A program made the translations under genes and the position numbers. A stretch of 64,000 bases of DNA from Felis catus. Its lineage: Eukaryota. The notes under the pieces were generated by a model. It saw only the letters and a list, made by a program, of their open reading frames with translations, did not search any database and had not been told where the DNA came from. Shown in pieces: positions 48,155 through 61,522 of this stretch (the stretch's first letter is position 1; each line of letters begins with the position of its first letter). The DNA lies in the NCBI RefSeq assembly GCF_018350175.1, contig NC_058369.1:2668001-2732000 (forward strand), in the 5' to 3' direction.

Positions 48155-51100
48155 CTGCAAGAGAAAGGGATGAGGGTAGTCAGTGAGGCCGGAGCCTGCC
48201 GGGGGCCCAGCCCCGCCGCCCATGGTCAAGGGTGGGGCGTGGCCCCGACTCACAGCTCCGCAGGCGGATGGGCCAGATCAGGAGACTGCACAGACAGAGG
48301 GTGGCGGCCACGCCCACGCCACCAGTCACAGCCACCATCACCCAGTGGTAGAAGCCTACGCAGGCCCGGCAGCAGAGCTCCAAGCTAGGGGTGGGGCAGA
48401 AGCAGGTGAGCTGACATCCCTCAGGACCCGTCAGCCTGGGCCTCCCGCTCAGCCGTCGGGTAGCCGGAACCGGAGAGCCACCCTCAGCACCCCAGCGCCC
48501 CCTCACCCGGCTGGGCTGCCACAGCCCCCTGCTCCCGGTTGTGCCAACAGCAGCCACCAGAGGGCTCCCACCTGCCTCGGCCCCCAAGGCCCTGCACACC
48601 TGCACTGCCCCCTCCCTGCCCCCCTCCTCCTCCTGTCGCCCTCACTTCCTCTGCTCCAGCCACACAGGCCTCCTCTTTGCTGTTCCTCCCCGTTTACCTG
48701 GGACTCCCTGACGGCCACCGAGTCTCAGGTCCAGTGTCCTCTCCTCAAGGAAGCCCACCCTGACCTCTTGCCCCAGTCAGGCTCCCACAAGTGGGGTTTC
48801 CTACACACCTCGCCTTGGTCTGGATCGCGCAGCTATGTGCTTGTTAAAGTGGCTGGCGTTGCCCCCAGGTCCATGAGGACGGGAACAGACCGCCCTGGGT
48901 CCCAGAGCCCAGACTTCTACAAGGCTCAGCCTCAGTGCTCTAGAACCACCGGGGTCTGGAACCTTACAGGTTCTCAGGGCCTGAACAAGACTCTGGCTTT
49001 GCCCCAGCCCTGCCCACGGCCCCGGTACGTCCGAATGCTGTGTCCTCGGCGCACAGCAGACCCCGCGTTTGCTTCCTAAGTAAGCCAAGTGCCGGAGGTA
49101 AGGAACAGCCAGGCGTCCCCCCCCTGTGAGAACCCGCCAGCGTGCCGCCTCGGGCCCAGGCTGAGTCCCCAGACCCCGGGCAGTGCCTGGCACTCGGCAC
49201 GTCTTACTAAGCGAGGAAGTGAGCAGCACTCACGAGCAGGGATGCAGGCTCTGGATGGCCATGACCGCCAGCCCGTTGGCCACCTTATCCGAGAAGCTCA
49301 TGGCACCATACACAAAGGCTCCGCTGTGCTGGGGGACACGGGCAGGCAGGTCACAGCCGACCCCGGTCCCCCAACCCCCCACCCGGTCCACACCATCAGC
49401 CTTACCGTGTGGGGGCCGATGAGGTCGGCCGTCATGGCCAGCGAGGTGACGAGGATCGTGGCACAGCCCGTGCCCAGCAGCACGGCGGCCACGTACACGG
49501 CCACGCCGAGCCTGTCTGCCAGCGCCACCCAGGCGGCGAAGGCCAGGATCACCAGGAGGCCCGCGAAGTAGGTCAGCTGTGGAGGAGTGGGCCCAGGTCA
49601 GGCCCGCCCCGCCCTTGCCGGGCGGCACCCACCCCTCTGCCCTTCCGTACCTCCGGGCCCGGCCGCAGCCTGGAGGGGCGAGGGGAGCCATCCCTACGGG
49701 GCCCCTGGCTCGGACCCCACAAGACTCGGGGGCCTGGGGTCTGCAGCGCCACAGAGCCCGCACCGCGGGGCCACAGCCGCGCCCGAGTCCATTAAAGTTA
49801 AACCGAGTGAAACGTTCAGTTCCTTAGTCGCACTGGCCAGAGTTCAAGGGCTCCATGCCACCGCTGGCTGCTGCCCCTGGCAGCCCCAAGTTCTAGAACC
49901 CTGGAGCCCTGAGCCCCTCCGAGGCCGGGACTCTAGACCTCCCCGACACGGGGCTTCCACGGTGTGGGTGCCGCGGTCCGGAGCCGCCGCCCCCCCCCCC
50001 CCCCCCCCAGCTCTCCGCTGTGGGATCCTGCCTGCCCACTTACGTTCCTCCCGATGCACTTGTTGACCGGCTTCATGAGGAAGGACGAGCAGAATCCGCT
50101 GACGTACATCACCAGCGGGATGGTGGCGATGAACTTCTGTCGGGGCAGAGCGCATGCGCGCCTGTCACAGAAGGGCCCGTCCTCCCCGCTCCGCGCCAGC
50201 CCGCGCCGCCCAGCTCACCTTGGGCAGGTTGAGCGAGTAGGTGAGGTACATGGCTATGTACGTCTGGGACAGGTTCACGATGAGCCTCGTGCTCATGTAC
50301 AGCAGGCCCACCTGCGGGCAGAGAAGGCCGGGCTCCGACGGCGCGCCCTGCCCCCATCGGCAGGGGACACGGGGCCTACGGGAGCCGCCTGCAGGGAGGA
50401 GGGCCGCTAGGGACAAAGAACGTCTGCCCGGAGGGGTACAGGATGATGAAGTGACACCCCCCCCCCAAGAGTAGGGGCCTCAGGTCCAGCCCCACTGTGT
50501 CCCCAGCGCCCCCGCCCCCTCAGCACACCTGATAGAAGGCGGGCTCCCGCAGCCAGTGTTTCCAGAGCAGCAGGGGCTGGGCGGTGGGCGGGGCCAGCAG
50601 CGGGCTGTGCTCGTCGGGCTCCTCCGCCCGCGGCCGTTGTCCTTCCCTCGTGCCCACGTGGAACAGCAGCGAGAAGATGGCGCCCACTCCGACCACCAGC
50701 AGGGACAGGTTCTGGAGGCCAGGCAGGACAGGGGTCGGCCGGAGCCCAAGCCCCGGGGTCCGGGGCCCCGGGGTGTCCCGCCCGGGGCCCGGCTCACCTG
50801 GAACACCCGCACGTCTTGGACGCCCAGCTGGTCGCGGACATCCCGGGCCACGTCCGTGTGCGGGGAGCCCTGCAGGCGGAGCAGCAGCCAGGCGGCACCG
50901 TACACGGTGATGTTGGCCACCACGGTGAAGGCGTACCTGGCGGGAGGCAGGCGAGGCTTCGGCGCGGCGGCCCGGGAGGGCGCACGGCTGCCGCTTCCCC
51001 GGGGGCCCGCGCTGCCAGAGCCGCCGCTGGCATCGGGGAGTCTCTGGCTGCTGGGCGATCTCAGCCACTAAACGTCGGGTGGCCCCAGGAAAGCCCTGGC

Positions 51101-54100
51101 TACGCCTTATCCGAGGATTTACGATGACCCACGAGTCCACCACGACGACCCGAGCTGTCCGGGCACCGAGACTCGGGGAAGCAGGGCAGGGCCCACGCGC
51201 CTGTGCGCTGGAGATGCTCAGAAGCCAGGATGTGGGGGTTCTTGGTTCCCAGCTCCTGGGCTTTTGACAGGGCCAGGGCTCCATGGTCTAGAAGCATCCA
51301 GGCCTGCTCCCGCTCGCAGCCCTAGAACAGTGTCCCTCCAGGGCTTGGGGGCAGAGCCTCTGGATCGCACACCAGGACTCAGTTTCCCTTTCTGAAAGTG
51401 AGCACAACACCCTCAGAGATCAGAGTGAATTGGCCACAAGGCTGGTGGTAAAGCATCGGCAGGTGGAAGGTGGCCCCCCGAGCTCGGTCTCAGCCCTGCC
51501 CGGCCCGCCAGCTGGGGCCCTCGGGCCCGGGGCAACCCCCCTCATCGGCGCCCACGGCTCCGCGCCACGATGTGGAAGTCAGAGGCCGGGCTGGGCAGCG
51601 CCGGGGCCAAGCGGACCGAGGTGGAGAAGGCCAGGCCCCACTGAAGATGCCAGGGGGGTGCATGCTCAGGGCGCCTCCCGTGAGGCGGTCCTCCCCTCAG
51701 CTCCGGCCACAGGGGCCGCCGCCACCTGTGCTAGCCCTTCCGCCTGGCACTCGATCATCTCCCGCACCCTCGTCCCGCTGCACGGTGGCCCGTAGGGGCG
51801 GGCTCTGCACCAAGCCTGGCCTTGCCATGATGATTAAGGATAATCCACACAAAGGGCCTAGAACTGTGCTGCACACAGCAGGCACTGCGTAAATGCTCCT
51901 GTTACCATATCCAGGAGAACCTCCTTCAGTGCCTCAGACCAGCCCAGCGCCAGCCGTATCCGTGTGGGCACGCTGGAGTCTGAGATGGGCCTCGATCTTC
52001 CCACACCCTGGTCGCGTCCTAATCCCTCCCCTCGAGAAGGGGACCGTGGATAAGCGAGATCACTCCCGCTGTTTAGGTGAAAGTGACAAAAGTAAAGGGA
52101 TCCTGCGGGTATAATTAGTGGAGATTATCCTGGGTGAGCCAAGCCTAATCAGGAGATCCTTAGGAAAACCCAAGCCTCAGGTGAGACCCCAGGCCTAGCC
52201 ACCACCTCGACGGGGGCCTCCAGACCGCGGAGCAGAAAGTACAGCCGAGCAGAGTCAGGCTCCACACCCACAGCAACCAGGCGATGCTACCTGGTGCCGT
52301 TGGAAGCTGCTAACTCTGTGGCCGCACCGGCGGAGGGATACGCCATCGTACAGACGGGTCACCCGGCACTGACGGGCCGGAGCCACACCGCCAAGCGGAG
52401 CCCAAACGCGGAGGGCGCCCCGGTCTCCGGGCCTCGCCGGTGCCCCACGTACCTGAGGGCCGTGAGCTCCACCTTCTCGTGGTCGTTGGTGACGAGCTCC
52501 GGGATGAGACTGAGGTGGGCGATCTGCGTAGCGGCCCAGCCGAACTGGAAGATCACGATGAAGGGCCCGTAGTAGAGGAGGGCGGCCCACTCCGGGGTAC
52601 CTGCCCCGCAGCCCAGGCACGGGCTGAAGATGAAGGGGAAGGACAGCAGGACACAGACGGTGCCTGTGGACGAACGGAGAGCGGGGCGCTCACCCCACAG
52701 GGCCTTCCCACGAGCCCCCGGCTCCCCGGGGCGCGACCAGGCGGGGACGAGCCAGGCCCGGAAAAGGCCCTGCAAAGTCATACAGTGGGGTCGGAGTCAG
52801 CAGGTTAAGGGTTCCCGGGACAAACGGGGAAGCCGAGGCAGAGGGACCCAAGGTCATGCGGCCCAAGAGGACAGCGGAGCCAGGCCTCCACCTGCCAGTT
52901 CAGGTGATGCGCCCCCGGTGTCTAATGGGGAAACTGAGGCACGTGAGGTCACGTGCTATAGCGAGTACAAGGGCAGGGCCAGGACCTCCAGCCAAGTGTT
53001 AGGAAAGGACAGGGACGAGGCCTCCCCAGGGTGACGGGGCAGGGGATGGGGGGGGAGGGGTGCAGAGGGAATGAGGGGAGCCGCGGGTCGGCAGGTTGAA
53101 AGGGCGCCACTGCCCACCAGACACGCCATTTATGCCCCCAACTTCCCCCTCCTGCCTCGCCCGGTAGGGCCTTTTCCTCCCCCAGCTCCTACCAAGCGGC
53201 CCACGGGGCTACCAGCCGTCAGAAGGCCAGGGGACGCCGGGTGAGGCTACACTGGACCCTGAGCCCCAGTGTCCCCGTCAGCTCAGGAGGAGGCCTGGCC
53301 TCTTCCTGGAAAAAAGCCCGATACCTCAGAACAAGCCCAAGTCCTCAAGGGCAGCCAACAGGCCCTGCGGGACCGGCCCTGCCCCCTCTGCCCCAGCCAC
53401 AACGGGCCTCCTCCCTGCCCCCGCACGCCAGGCTCCCTGCTACCCCAGGGCCTTTGCACAGGTCGTGCTGCTGCGTGGAATGCTATTCCCTCACACTGTC
53501 CCAGCAAGGCTGAGTCCTTTTCGTCCCTCAGTACTCAACTCAAACGCCACCTCCTCAGAAAAGCTCTCCCTGGCCGACCCAGTCACCGGCCGTCCCGTCC
53601 CCGCCCCGACGCAGCCCGTCTGGACACGGCTTCCTTCTCATGTGCCTTAGCACACACACGGATGTTTCTGTCTCTGCTTGTTTCCTGCCTGCCTCCCCCG
53701 CCAGACCAGGCTCTGGGAGGGCGGACGACAGGTCTCTCTGGGTCACTTGTGTGGCCCTGGGTCACTTGTGTGGCCCAGCACGGAGCCCGGTACAGGCCTT
53801 TTGAGTGACTAAGTGATAGTATTAATAATGTCACCAATTTACAGCCTGAAGAGGTGGGTGTCACCACCATCCCCATTTTCCAGCCGAGGACACAGGTCCG
53901 TTGTGTGAGCCGCAGAGCCGAGAACCCAGCCTGCCGCCCCCCCCTCCCCCTTCCCTGCAGCTCAGGGCCCTCTCCCCCACCTCCCCGCTGGGCCCAGCAG
54001 CTGGCCTTCCCTCCTCCCCGAGGCTCCGGACCTCACGCCCCGACGCGGGGCCCACGTCCGCAGTCCCGGGATGGGGAAATGAAACCAAAACCACCTTTCC

Positions 54101-56931
54101 TTGCTATTTCTCTGGAACTGGCGCGGGGGCGGGGCAGCCCGATCCGATTCCTGGGGGCGCTGGGGCCCTGGAGGCCCCCGCAGGGCCCAGGCACAAACTG
54201 TACACTCTGGTCAGAAGAATGCGCCGCCCTGGCCAGAACCCGCCCTGGAGCCGGCCAGGCCAGGTTAACCATTGTCTGGACGAGGCTGCCTGGCTGGGGA
54301 GCCTTGGGCGAGGGACTTGGGGCCTCAGTTTCCAGAAAGCGGAGATGACAAAAATATCTGCCTCTCAAAGTCAGCACGAGTTAACATGCAAGGGGCACCC
54401 GGGTGGCTCAGTGGGTTGAGCGCCCGACTTCGGCTCAGCTCAGCTCGTGATCTCACGGTTCGTGGGTTCGAGTCCCGCGTCGGGCTCTGTGCTGACGGCT
54501 CGGAGCCTGGAGCCTGCTTCGGATTCTGTGTCTCCCTCTCTCTTCGCCCCCCGCCCCCAACTTGTGCTCTGCCTCACTCGCTCTCAAAAAGAAACATTAA
54601 AAAATTTAAAAATAAAAAAGATTACCGTGCAAAACCTGCCTCGGGAGCTTTAAAACTGTGGTAGGTCACATTTGCACAGCTGTCTCAACCGGCCGGAATG
54701 CACGCGCACACACACTCCTATCCATCCTTCAAACCCCCAAAGCTAACGTCCCTTCCTTCAAAGCTCTGCTTCTCCCGTATGAAACCTAGTCCACCCACGT
54801 GCCCCAGCGTGGACCCCACGGAGAATCATCCCCTGTCTGGCTGTATCCTCTCGGGGCTGGGGGAAGCCCAGAGAGCTTGTTAAGGGAAAAAGTGAATCCA
54901 TCACCACCGGCTACAGGCTCAGCGGCAAAAAAAAAAGAAAAAAAAGAAAAAAAGAGAAGTGGGGAGGGTTGCCAAGGTGACTTTCACTCAGGTCCCCTTA
55001 TCAGGCCTCAAGAGGGGCTGCCTCGGCTTCCTCTCAGATCCTCCTGGGTCTCCCCACACACTCACCCTGCGGCGGAGAAGGGGAAGGGGTGCAGGTGGAG
55101 GCCGTGGTGCCCGGTAGGGGTGCGTAGCCCCCAGGCCGGTTGTACATAAACACAAAGCCGCTCTTTATTTATAAAGGTGCCTAACCTTTGCAGGGGGGAG
55201 GGGATGCCAATTCTTCCTCTGGGGTCTGGTGGGAGCCTCACTGAACCGCAGGCCTCCCACCTATGAAAGGGGCGCAGAATCAGGCTGCTAACAGCGTGCG
55301 CTCCCGGGGACCCCTTCCCACGGCTGCTTCCGGCTCCCCAGGGGTGGCTCCCCTGTCGGCCCAGGGAGAAGACCCCCACACCCACGTATCTGTCACCTGT
55401 CAGGCCTAGGAACTATCGCGTTTGCTCGTCAAGGAGTTGACCTGAACAGAACTGCGTTTGAGGCCGGGCTCTCAGACTCTGCAAGCAATCCCCGCACGGG
55501 CCCAAAGAGGAGCACCTTTCCCGTCCGCTTTTCAGAGGGGAGCACCAGTCTGAGTCTCCCGTGTCTCCCTGCTCCCCTCCCCGGCCGCTACAGTCTAAAG
55601 TGACCCCAGGGCAGCCTGGGTGTCCTCGGCGCCCAAGAATCCCGACCTCCGGCCGCCTGGAGATCTGCTGCACCTGGCAAAAACAGCACTCACGAGGGCC
55701 CAGGGCAAGTCACTGCCTCCTCGGTCACTGTTCCCAAGGGCAAGGAGACATCAGCCGGCCCCTCCTAGCTTCTAGAAAGCTGCCGCCCAGAATTCGCAGG
55801 GCAGGATTCCTGTGCCTGCCTCCCGAAATGCCCGGCGGGCCCCAAATGCCGGGAGGCACCCGTGCCAGGGGGAGGTGGGCAGAGAAAGCGGCGGGGGCTA
55901 ATCTCAAGGCCCAGGGTCCACGGCGGCACAGAAGGGATGCTGGGAGGCCGGCCTTATCAAGGGTGTGCACGGGGCGGGACACCCCAGCTCCGGGGGCACC
56001 TGCCTCCACCCCCTCACCAACACAGGTGTTCTGACAGCTCCCCCAGAGCCCCACCCTGTTGGCCCCGCAGACCCCAGCCCCCCTCAGCCAGACAGACACA
56101 GACCCCTGACTCCTTGGTCTCACCTGCCCCCAAGTCTTGGCTCGGGGACAGCACCCTCAAACCTCCCAAGCGCCAGGCTGCCCGAGCCGGGGCAGACGAT
56201 GGGCAGAGGTGCACCGGAGAAACGGACAGACTGACAGAGGGGGGGCGTCTAGGCAGCCTGACCCCCCACTCACACCGAGTTGTCCTGGGTGGTCACCCAG
56301 ACAGACAAATAGAGAAGCCAGACCAGGCAGGGCGACAGAGGTGGCACTAGGCAGGCAGAGCGTTCAGGGTGCCCACGGGGGTCAGAGAGAAAGACAAAGG
56401 GAAGTGACACCGGAGGGTCACATGAGCGGTCAGATGGCAGACAGAAGGAGTACAGGGCAGCTAAGCAGACAGATGGGGGAGGCTCATGGATGGGGGGAAA
56501 GTACTGGACGCGGGAGGTTCAGGCCTAGGGCAGGCGGGCACAGTAGGGAGGCTCGGGCCCCGGGGCAGGCAGTCCGACGGGGGAGGCTCGAGCCGGCGGG
56601 CAGTCCGACGGGGGAGGCTCAGCCGAGACTTACCGACCAGGTGCCAAGCCTTCCGAGGGCCGCAGCGGGCGCAGCGGCCGGCGGCGCGGTCGGCCTCGTA
56701 GCCCACGAGGGGCGTACACAGCCCGTCGGCCACCTGGCCGAGCAGCAGCAGCAGGCCCGCGCCGCGGGAGCTGTAAGCGCGCACCGAGTGCAGGTAGAGC
56801 AGCAGGTACGTGAACCACATGGACGCGCACAGGTCGTTGAGGAAGTGGCCCACGGCGTAGCTCAGCCGAGCGGCCAGGGACAGTGGCCGCGGGGGCGCCC
56901 CCGCTCCGGCTGCCGGGGGCCCCGGGCCCAT
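48138..56931 (-). CDS. MFSD12: Major facilitator superfamily domain-containing 12, lysosomal/melanosomal cysteine importer (10 coding exons, 476 aa)
   Basis: Exon lengths 298,211,139,183,93,93,171,95,131,17 = 1431 nt, [13 protein letters not shown]...[25 protein letters not shown], multiple hydrophobic helices, acidic dileucine motif EHSPLL in the central loop. Confidence 0.97.
48254..48384 (-). CDS. MFSD12: MFSD12 exon 9
   Basis: [43 protein letters not shown]. Confidence 0.95.
49234..49328 (-). CDS. MFSD12: MFSD12 exon 8
   Basis: [31 protein letters not shown]. Confidence 0.96.
49406..49576 (-). CDS. MFSD12: MFSD12 exon 7
   Basis: [21 protein letters not shown]...TADLIGPHT. Confidence 0.96.
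50044..50136 (-). CDS. MFSD12: MFSD12 exon 6
   Basis: [31 protein letters not shown]. Confidence 0.96.
50219..50311 (-). CDS. MFSD12: MFSD12 exon 5
   Basis: [31 protein letters not shown]. Confidence 0.96.
50529..50711 (-). CDS. MFSD12: MFSD12 exon 4
   Basis: [20 protein letters not shown]...EHSPLL...WLREPAFYQ. Confidence 0.95.
50798..50936 (-). CDS. MFSD12: MFSD12 exon 3
   Basis: [23 protein letters not shown]...DVRVFQ. Confidence 0.95.
52453..52663 (-). CDS. MFSD12: MFSD12 exon 2
   Basis: [19 protein letters not shown]...EKVELTAL R|gtacgt. Confidence 0.96.
54392..54620 (+). mobile_element. CAN-SINE in MFSD12 intron 1
   Basis: SINE head, body and A-tail. Confidence 0.88.
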
Positions 56932-57460
56932 GGCCGCGCCCCGGACTCCGGCCGGGCGGTCGGGCGCGCGGCAGACGCCCCGCTCTCCCCGCGCCGCCGC
57001 CCAAGTCCGCCCCGCGGAGCGCGCAGGCGGCCGCCGAGCCCCGAACCCAAAATTAAGGCCTGGTCGGGGCGGGGCGGGGCAGGCTGACGGCCGCCTCCAC
57101 CAATCGGGGCCGCGCGCCGGGACCCGGAAGCCAATAACCAGAGAGAGGGGCGTGGCCTCGGGGCGGGTTCGGCCTCCGTGCCGGGCGCCGACGGGGTGAG
57201 ACGGTCCTAGCGCCGGGCGGTTCGGCCTGGGGTGAGAGGGACCCCCACGCACGTGGGCGGCGACACGGGAGCGCCCACACCCGGACCCCTGCCTTCGGGC
57301 CGGCGCCCCCCTCGCCTGACGGCAGCGCTACGAGGCCTACCGTGTGGGCCGGGAGGGGGTGGGCTGGGGGCGCGGGAGATGGGGGAGAATTCTGAGTCTG
57401 AGCTCGCCCCTCCTCGGGGTCCGGTGACTTCCCGACCCGGAGAGACCCAATGGGACGCGG
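56560..57460 (-). promoter_or_regulatory. MFSD12: MFSD12 CpG-island promoter
   Basis: CpG-rich. Tandem GGGGCGGGG GC boxes ~57066-57080, CCAAT boxes ~57100 and ~57131, E-box CACGTG ~57250. Confidence 0.8.
56634..56931 (-). CDS. MFSD12: MFSD12 exon 1
   Basis: MGPGPP...[10 protein letters not shown]|gtaagt. Confidence 0.96.
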
Positions 57461-57929
57461 AGAGGACGCATTCGTTCTAATTAATTAGTTATTAAGGATA
57501 ATAATGGGGATAATCATCATAATAACACCAGCTGGTGTTTAATGAGCGCCGGCTGTGCCAAACGGCCCACGTGGGTTTTCTCACCCAAGCCTGGAGGGAA
57601 GCGAAGCCAGTGTCTCCCATTTCACACAGGCCCAGAGAACGGAGCGGGCGTGCCCCGGGGGCTCAGGGAGTCAGGTGCCTGCAACCCCTCCCCACCCTCC
57701 CCCAACCGCCCTCCCACGACTGGGTCACCACCCAAGCGGTTTCAAGTTCCCCCAAGCGTTGGGTGCTGTTGTGCCCCCGCGCCCCCAGGGCCCCTCCGGC
57801 GGGGGTTGAACACCCGCACTCCAGCCAGAAACCCCACTCCCTCCTGGCTGTTCCAGCCTTTAACTCTGGAGAGCCTCAGTCTCCCCAGATCTAGAATGGG
57901 TATAATGCACATTAAAAGTTATATGTTGG

Positions 57930-58123
57930 GGGGGGGGGTGCGTAGCGCCTGGGTCGTTCAGTCCAGTAAGCTTCCTGCTTTGGCTCAGGTCATGATCTCC
58001 CCCGTCCTTGGGTTCAAGTTCCCTTCCGCCTCTGTGCTGACACCTCGGAGCCTCGAGTCTGATTCGGATTCTGGGTCTTCCTGGAGAGGCAGAGAGAGAA
58101 GGAGACACAGAATATTTGAAAAA

Positions 58124-58170
<47 letters not shown>

Positions 58171-58920
58171 TGCGCGACCAGGGGAGGGGTAGAGAGAGAG
58201 GGAGACACAGAATCCAAAGCAGACTCCAGGCTCCGAGCTGTCAGCATGGAGCCTGACGGGAGGGGGGGGGGGGGGGCTCGAACCCACCAACCGTGAGATC
58301 ACGACCTGAGCCAAAGTTGAACTCTTAACTGACTGAGCCACCCAGGTGCCCCTAAAAAATTGTAAGTGATATAAGGGGCCCTGGCTGGCTCAGTTGGTAG
58401 AGAGCGTGACTCGATCTCAGGGTCCTGAGTTCCAGTCCCACGCTGGGTGTAGAGATTACTTAAAATAAATAAATACATAAAATATTTTTCAAGGGATATC
58501 ATCGTTAGCTCTGAATAGTCTCAGAAGGTCTACTCATCACCCCTTCCTCCCCTGTCATTATACAGTACTCTGCGCTGGCCCACATCACAACCCTGATATC
58601 TGCTTTCCCTCACTCCCCCCCCCCGACCCCTGCTGTCGCTGGGTCCCCCACTGAACTCTGATCCCCATGAAGGCAGGGACTGGGTTAGTCACTGTGTTGT
58701 CTCCAGGAATGCCCAGCCCATAAGAGGAGCCCAAGAAATATCTGTCCATGGGGCGCCCGGGGGGCTCAGTGGGTTAAGCGACCGACTTCAGCTCAGGTCA
58801 TGATCTCACAGGTTCCGGAGTTCGAGCCCCGCGTCGGGCTCTGTGCTGACAGCTCAGAGCCTGGAGCCTGCTTCGGATTCTGAGCCTCCCTCTCTCTCTG
58901 CCCCTCCCCCTCCCCTGCTT

Positions 58921-58957
<37 letters not shown>

Positions 58958-61522
58958 TAAATAAATAAAAACTTAAAAGAAATATCTGTCCAATGATTGG
59001 TGGGCGTGCGAAGGCAGAGATTCAGAAGTGTAGACAGAAACCGGGAAACAGACCGCAACCCACTGACAAACCGGAGGCTCAGGCAGCCCAAGGGGGTCCC
59101 AGCCCAGACTACCCACCGCAATACCCACATTTTTATGAAAAGGGGCCTGGAAAATGGGTGTGGAGGGGGCAATGGGGACTCAAGAGGTAAACGAGCAGGG
59201 AGCGGGGAGATAAGAGGTTGAGGTCACCGATGTGGAGGAGATAAATGATAAGGAGAGACAAGGATCTGAATTCTTTCCTTCGTGTGGGGCAAGCTCCCCT
59301 TCTGTTTCCCTGGGGGAGTAAAAGAACACCTGAACAAACTCTCGCCTCACTCAGCTTTACGGGGCTTGTAAAATACTCGCCTCAGCTTTTAAAATATTTG
59401 CTAAGGTTTTAAAGGGGCGCCTGGGTGGCTCAGTCGGTTGAGCGTCCGACTTCGGCTCAGGTCATGATCTCGCGGTCCATGAGTTCGAGCCCCGCGTCGG
59501 GCTCTGTGCTGACAGCTTGGAGCCTGGAGCTGCTTCGGATTCTGTGTCTCCCTCTCTCTCTGCCCCTTCCCCGTTCATGCTCTGTCTCTCAAAAATGAAT
59601 AAATGTTAAAAAAAAATTTTTTTTAATAAATAAAAATAAATATCTGTTCAGGTTTTATTTAAGTAATCTCTCCCCCCAACCCAACGTGGGGCTCACACTC
59701 ACGACCAAGAGTCTCTTGCTCTAAGGACTGAGCCCGCCAGGCCGCCCCCCACCCACGTTTTGTATTCACGTTTCTCATCTGCATTCTTCCCACCTCCCCA
59801 GGAGATCTTATAGTACCTCTGGCCCATTTTTCCAGGGAAAACAGGCTTTCACAGAAGTCCTTGCCAGAGGGCACACAGCTCACAAGAGGCAGACTCAGGA
59901 TCCAAACTGGGCCCCGCGCGTGATCTCCAGCATCTTTGAGTTCTTTTTTTACGTTTTTTTTTTTTAACGTTTTTATTTTATTTTTTGAGAGGCAGAGACA
60001 GAGCATGAGTGGGGGAGGGGCAGAGAGAGAGGGAGACCCCGAATCCGAAGCAGGCTCCGGGCTCCGAGCGGTCAGCCCGGAGCCCGACGCGGGGCTCGAA
60101 CCCACAGACTGTGAGATCATGACCCGAGCTGAAGTCGGACGCTTGACCGGCTGAGCCACCCGGGCGCCCTGAGCATCTTTGAGTCCTTTCTGCACTGGCC
60201 CGGGAGGACCCACCTGAAGATACCCTTACCAGCCTCCTGCGTGGGTCAGGAACCCACAGGGATCCTCCCCCAGCAGCCCTTCCGGGAGATGCGCCACGGA
60301 GGAGGGGGTGGGGGGTTGGCAGAAGGACAGACAAATGTCTGGCTTTTACTTCCAGGTCCCTGGGGAGCCACGTAGGGTTCTGAGAGGAGGTGGGAGGGTC
60401 AGATAAAAAGCTATACGAGGGCAGGGACTGGGCCGTCTACTCCAAAGTGGGCCTCAGCTGCAGGGGTTGGCAAACCAGTGGAGGGCACACATGCCTGCCC
60501 CCCCCATAAGAGTGGGGGTCAGATTTGCCAGGAAGATCAGAGAAGGTCCTGCCCGAGAGGGAGGATGTGAGGGAGAGTGGAATGCCTTGCCCTCAGGATG
60601 GGACAGAGACAGACTTGGGGTCAGGAGAGATCCAGACAGGCTTTGATGTCCCCGGAGCACCCCCAGCTGCCCCCCAGCCCCTGCTGGAGATCGGATGTCC
60701 CGGTGGCCCCAGTAGGAAGAGGGGTTTGCTTTGATCTTCCCTCAGACCCAGCCCAGGAGGACTGGGAGTGGGGGTGGGGAGGAGAAGAGGGGAGAGGCGG
60801 AAGGAAGGGGAGGGAGGGCTCCTAGAACCCAGGGAAACAGCCAGGAACTTCCTTAGATTCCTGGGGTGGCTTGGGGGGCCCAGGCAGCCTCAGGCAATCC
60901 CCCGAGCCTCAGTTTCCCTCTTCGTAATGGGCATGACAGCAGCACTGCTGAATAGGGTTAGGGGAGATTAGGCAGGTGAGGATTCGGCCCGCAGAACAGG
61001 GTTTCCCAGCCCAGGCACTGCTGACACAGGGCACCAGATCATTCTTTGTGGCGATGGGCGGGGGGGGGGGGGGGGGGGGGGGGGAGGGGGGGGAGGGGGG
61101 GCTGTCCTGTGCATCCCAGCACAGGAGCAGACTCCAGCCCCCTCCACGTTGCTACAACCAAAAATGTGTCTAGGCTTTGCCCGATGTCTCCCTCAGTTAC
61201 CCTGGGTGGCAACCGCTCACTGTACTAGAAAATTCTCTGCGGCAGGGGTCTGAAGCTGCATGGACAAAACCAGCAAACGCTTTCTGTAAGAATGAGCAGC
61301 CCGGCCCGGTTCTGAGTGAGAACATTAGTTATACGTTCTTTTAATGTTTATTCATTTGAGGGGGGGGAGGGGCAGAGAGTGAGGGAGACACAGAATCTGA
61401 AGCAGGATCCAGGCTCCGAGCTGTCAGCACAGAGCCGGACGTGGGGCTCGAACCCACAAACCTTGAGATCATGACCTGAGCCGAAGTCACAAGGTCAAGG
61501 GGCCAAGCCACCCAGGCGCCCC
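57930..61522. mobile_element. CAN-SINE cluster upstream of MFSD12 (~57935-58351, 58375-58480, 58750-58980, 59413-59640, 59655-59748, 59945-60169, 61335-61522) including (AC)n at 58124-58168
   Basis: Multiple SINE bodies with TSDs (aagaaatatctgtcca; agcatctttgagt; gagaacattagtta). Confidence 0.85.

Noticed and set aside
53738..56620. Short tandem duplications (19 bp at 53738-53775; 22-bp unit at 56568-56589 and 56599-56620)
   Set aside because: Two-copy slippage events in an intron with no spacer structure or other functional hint.
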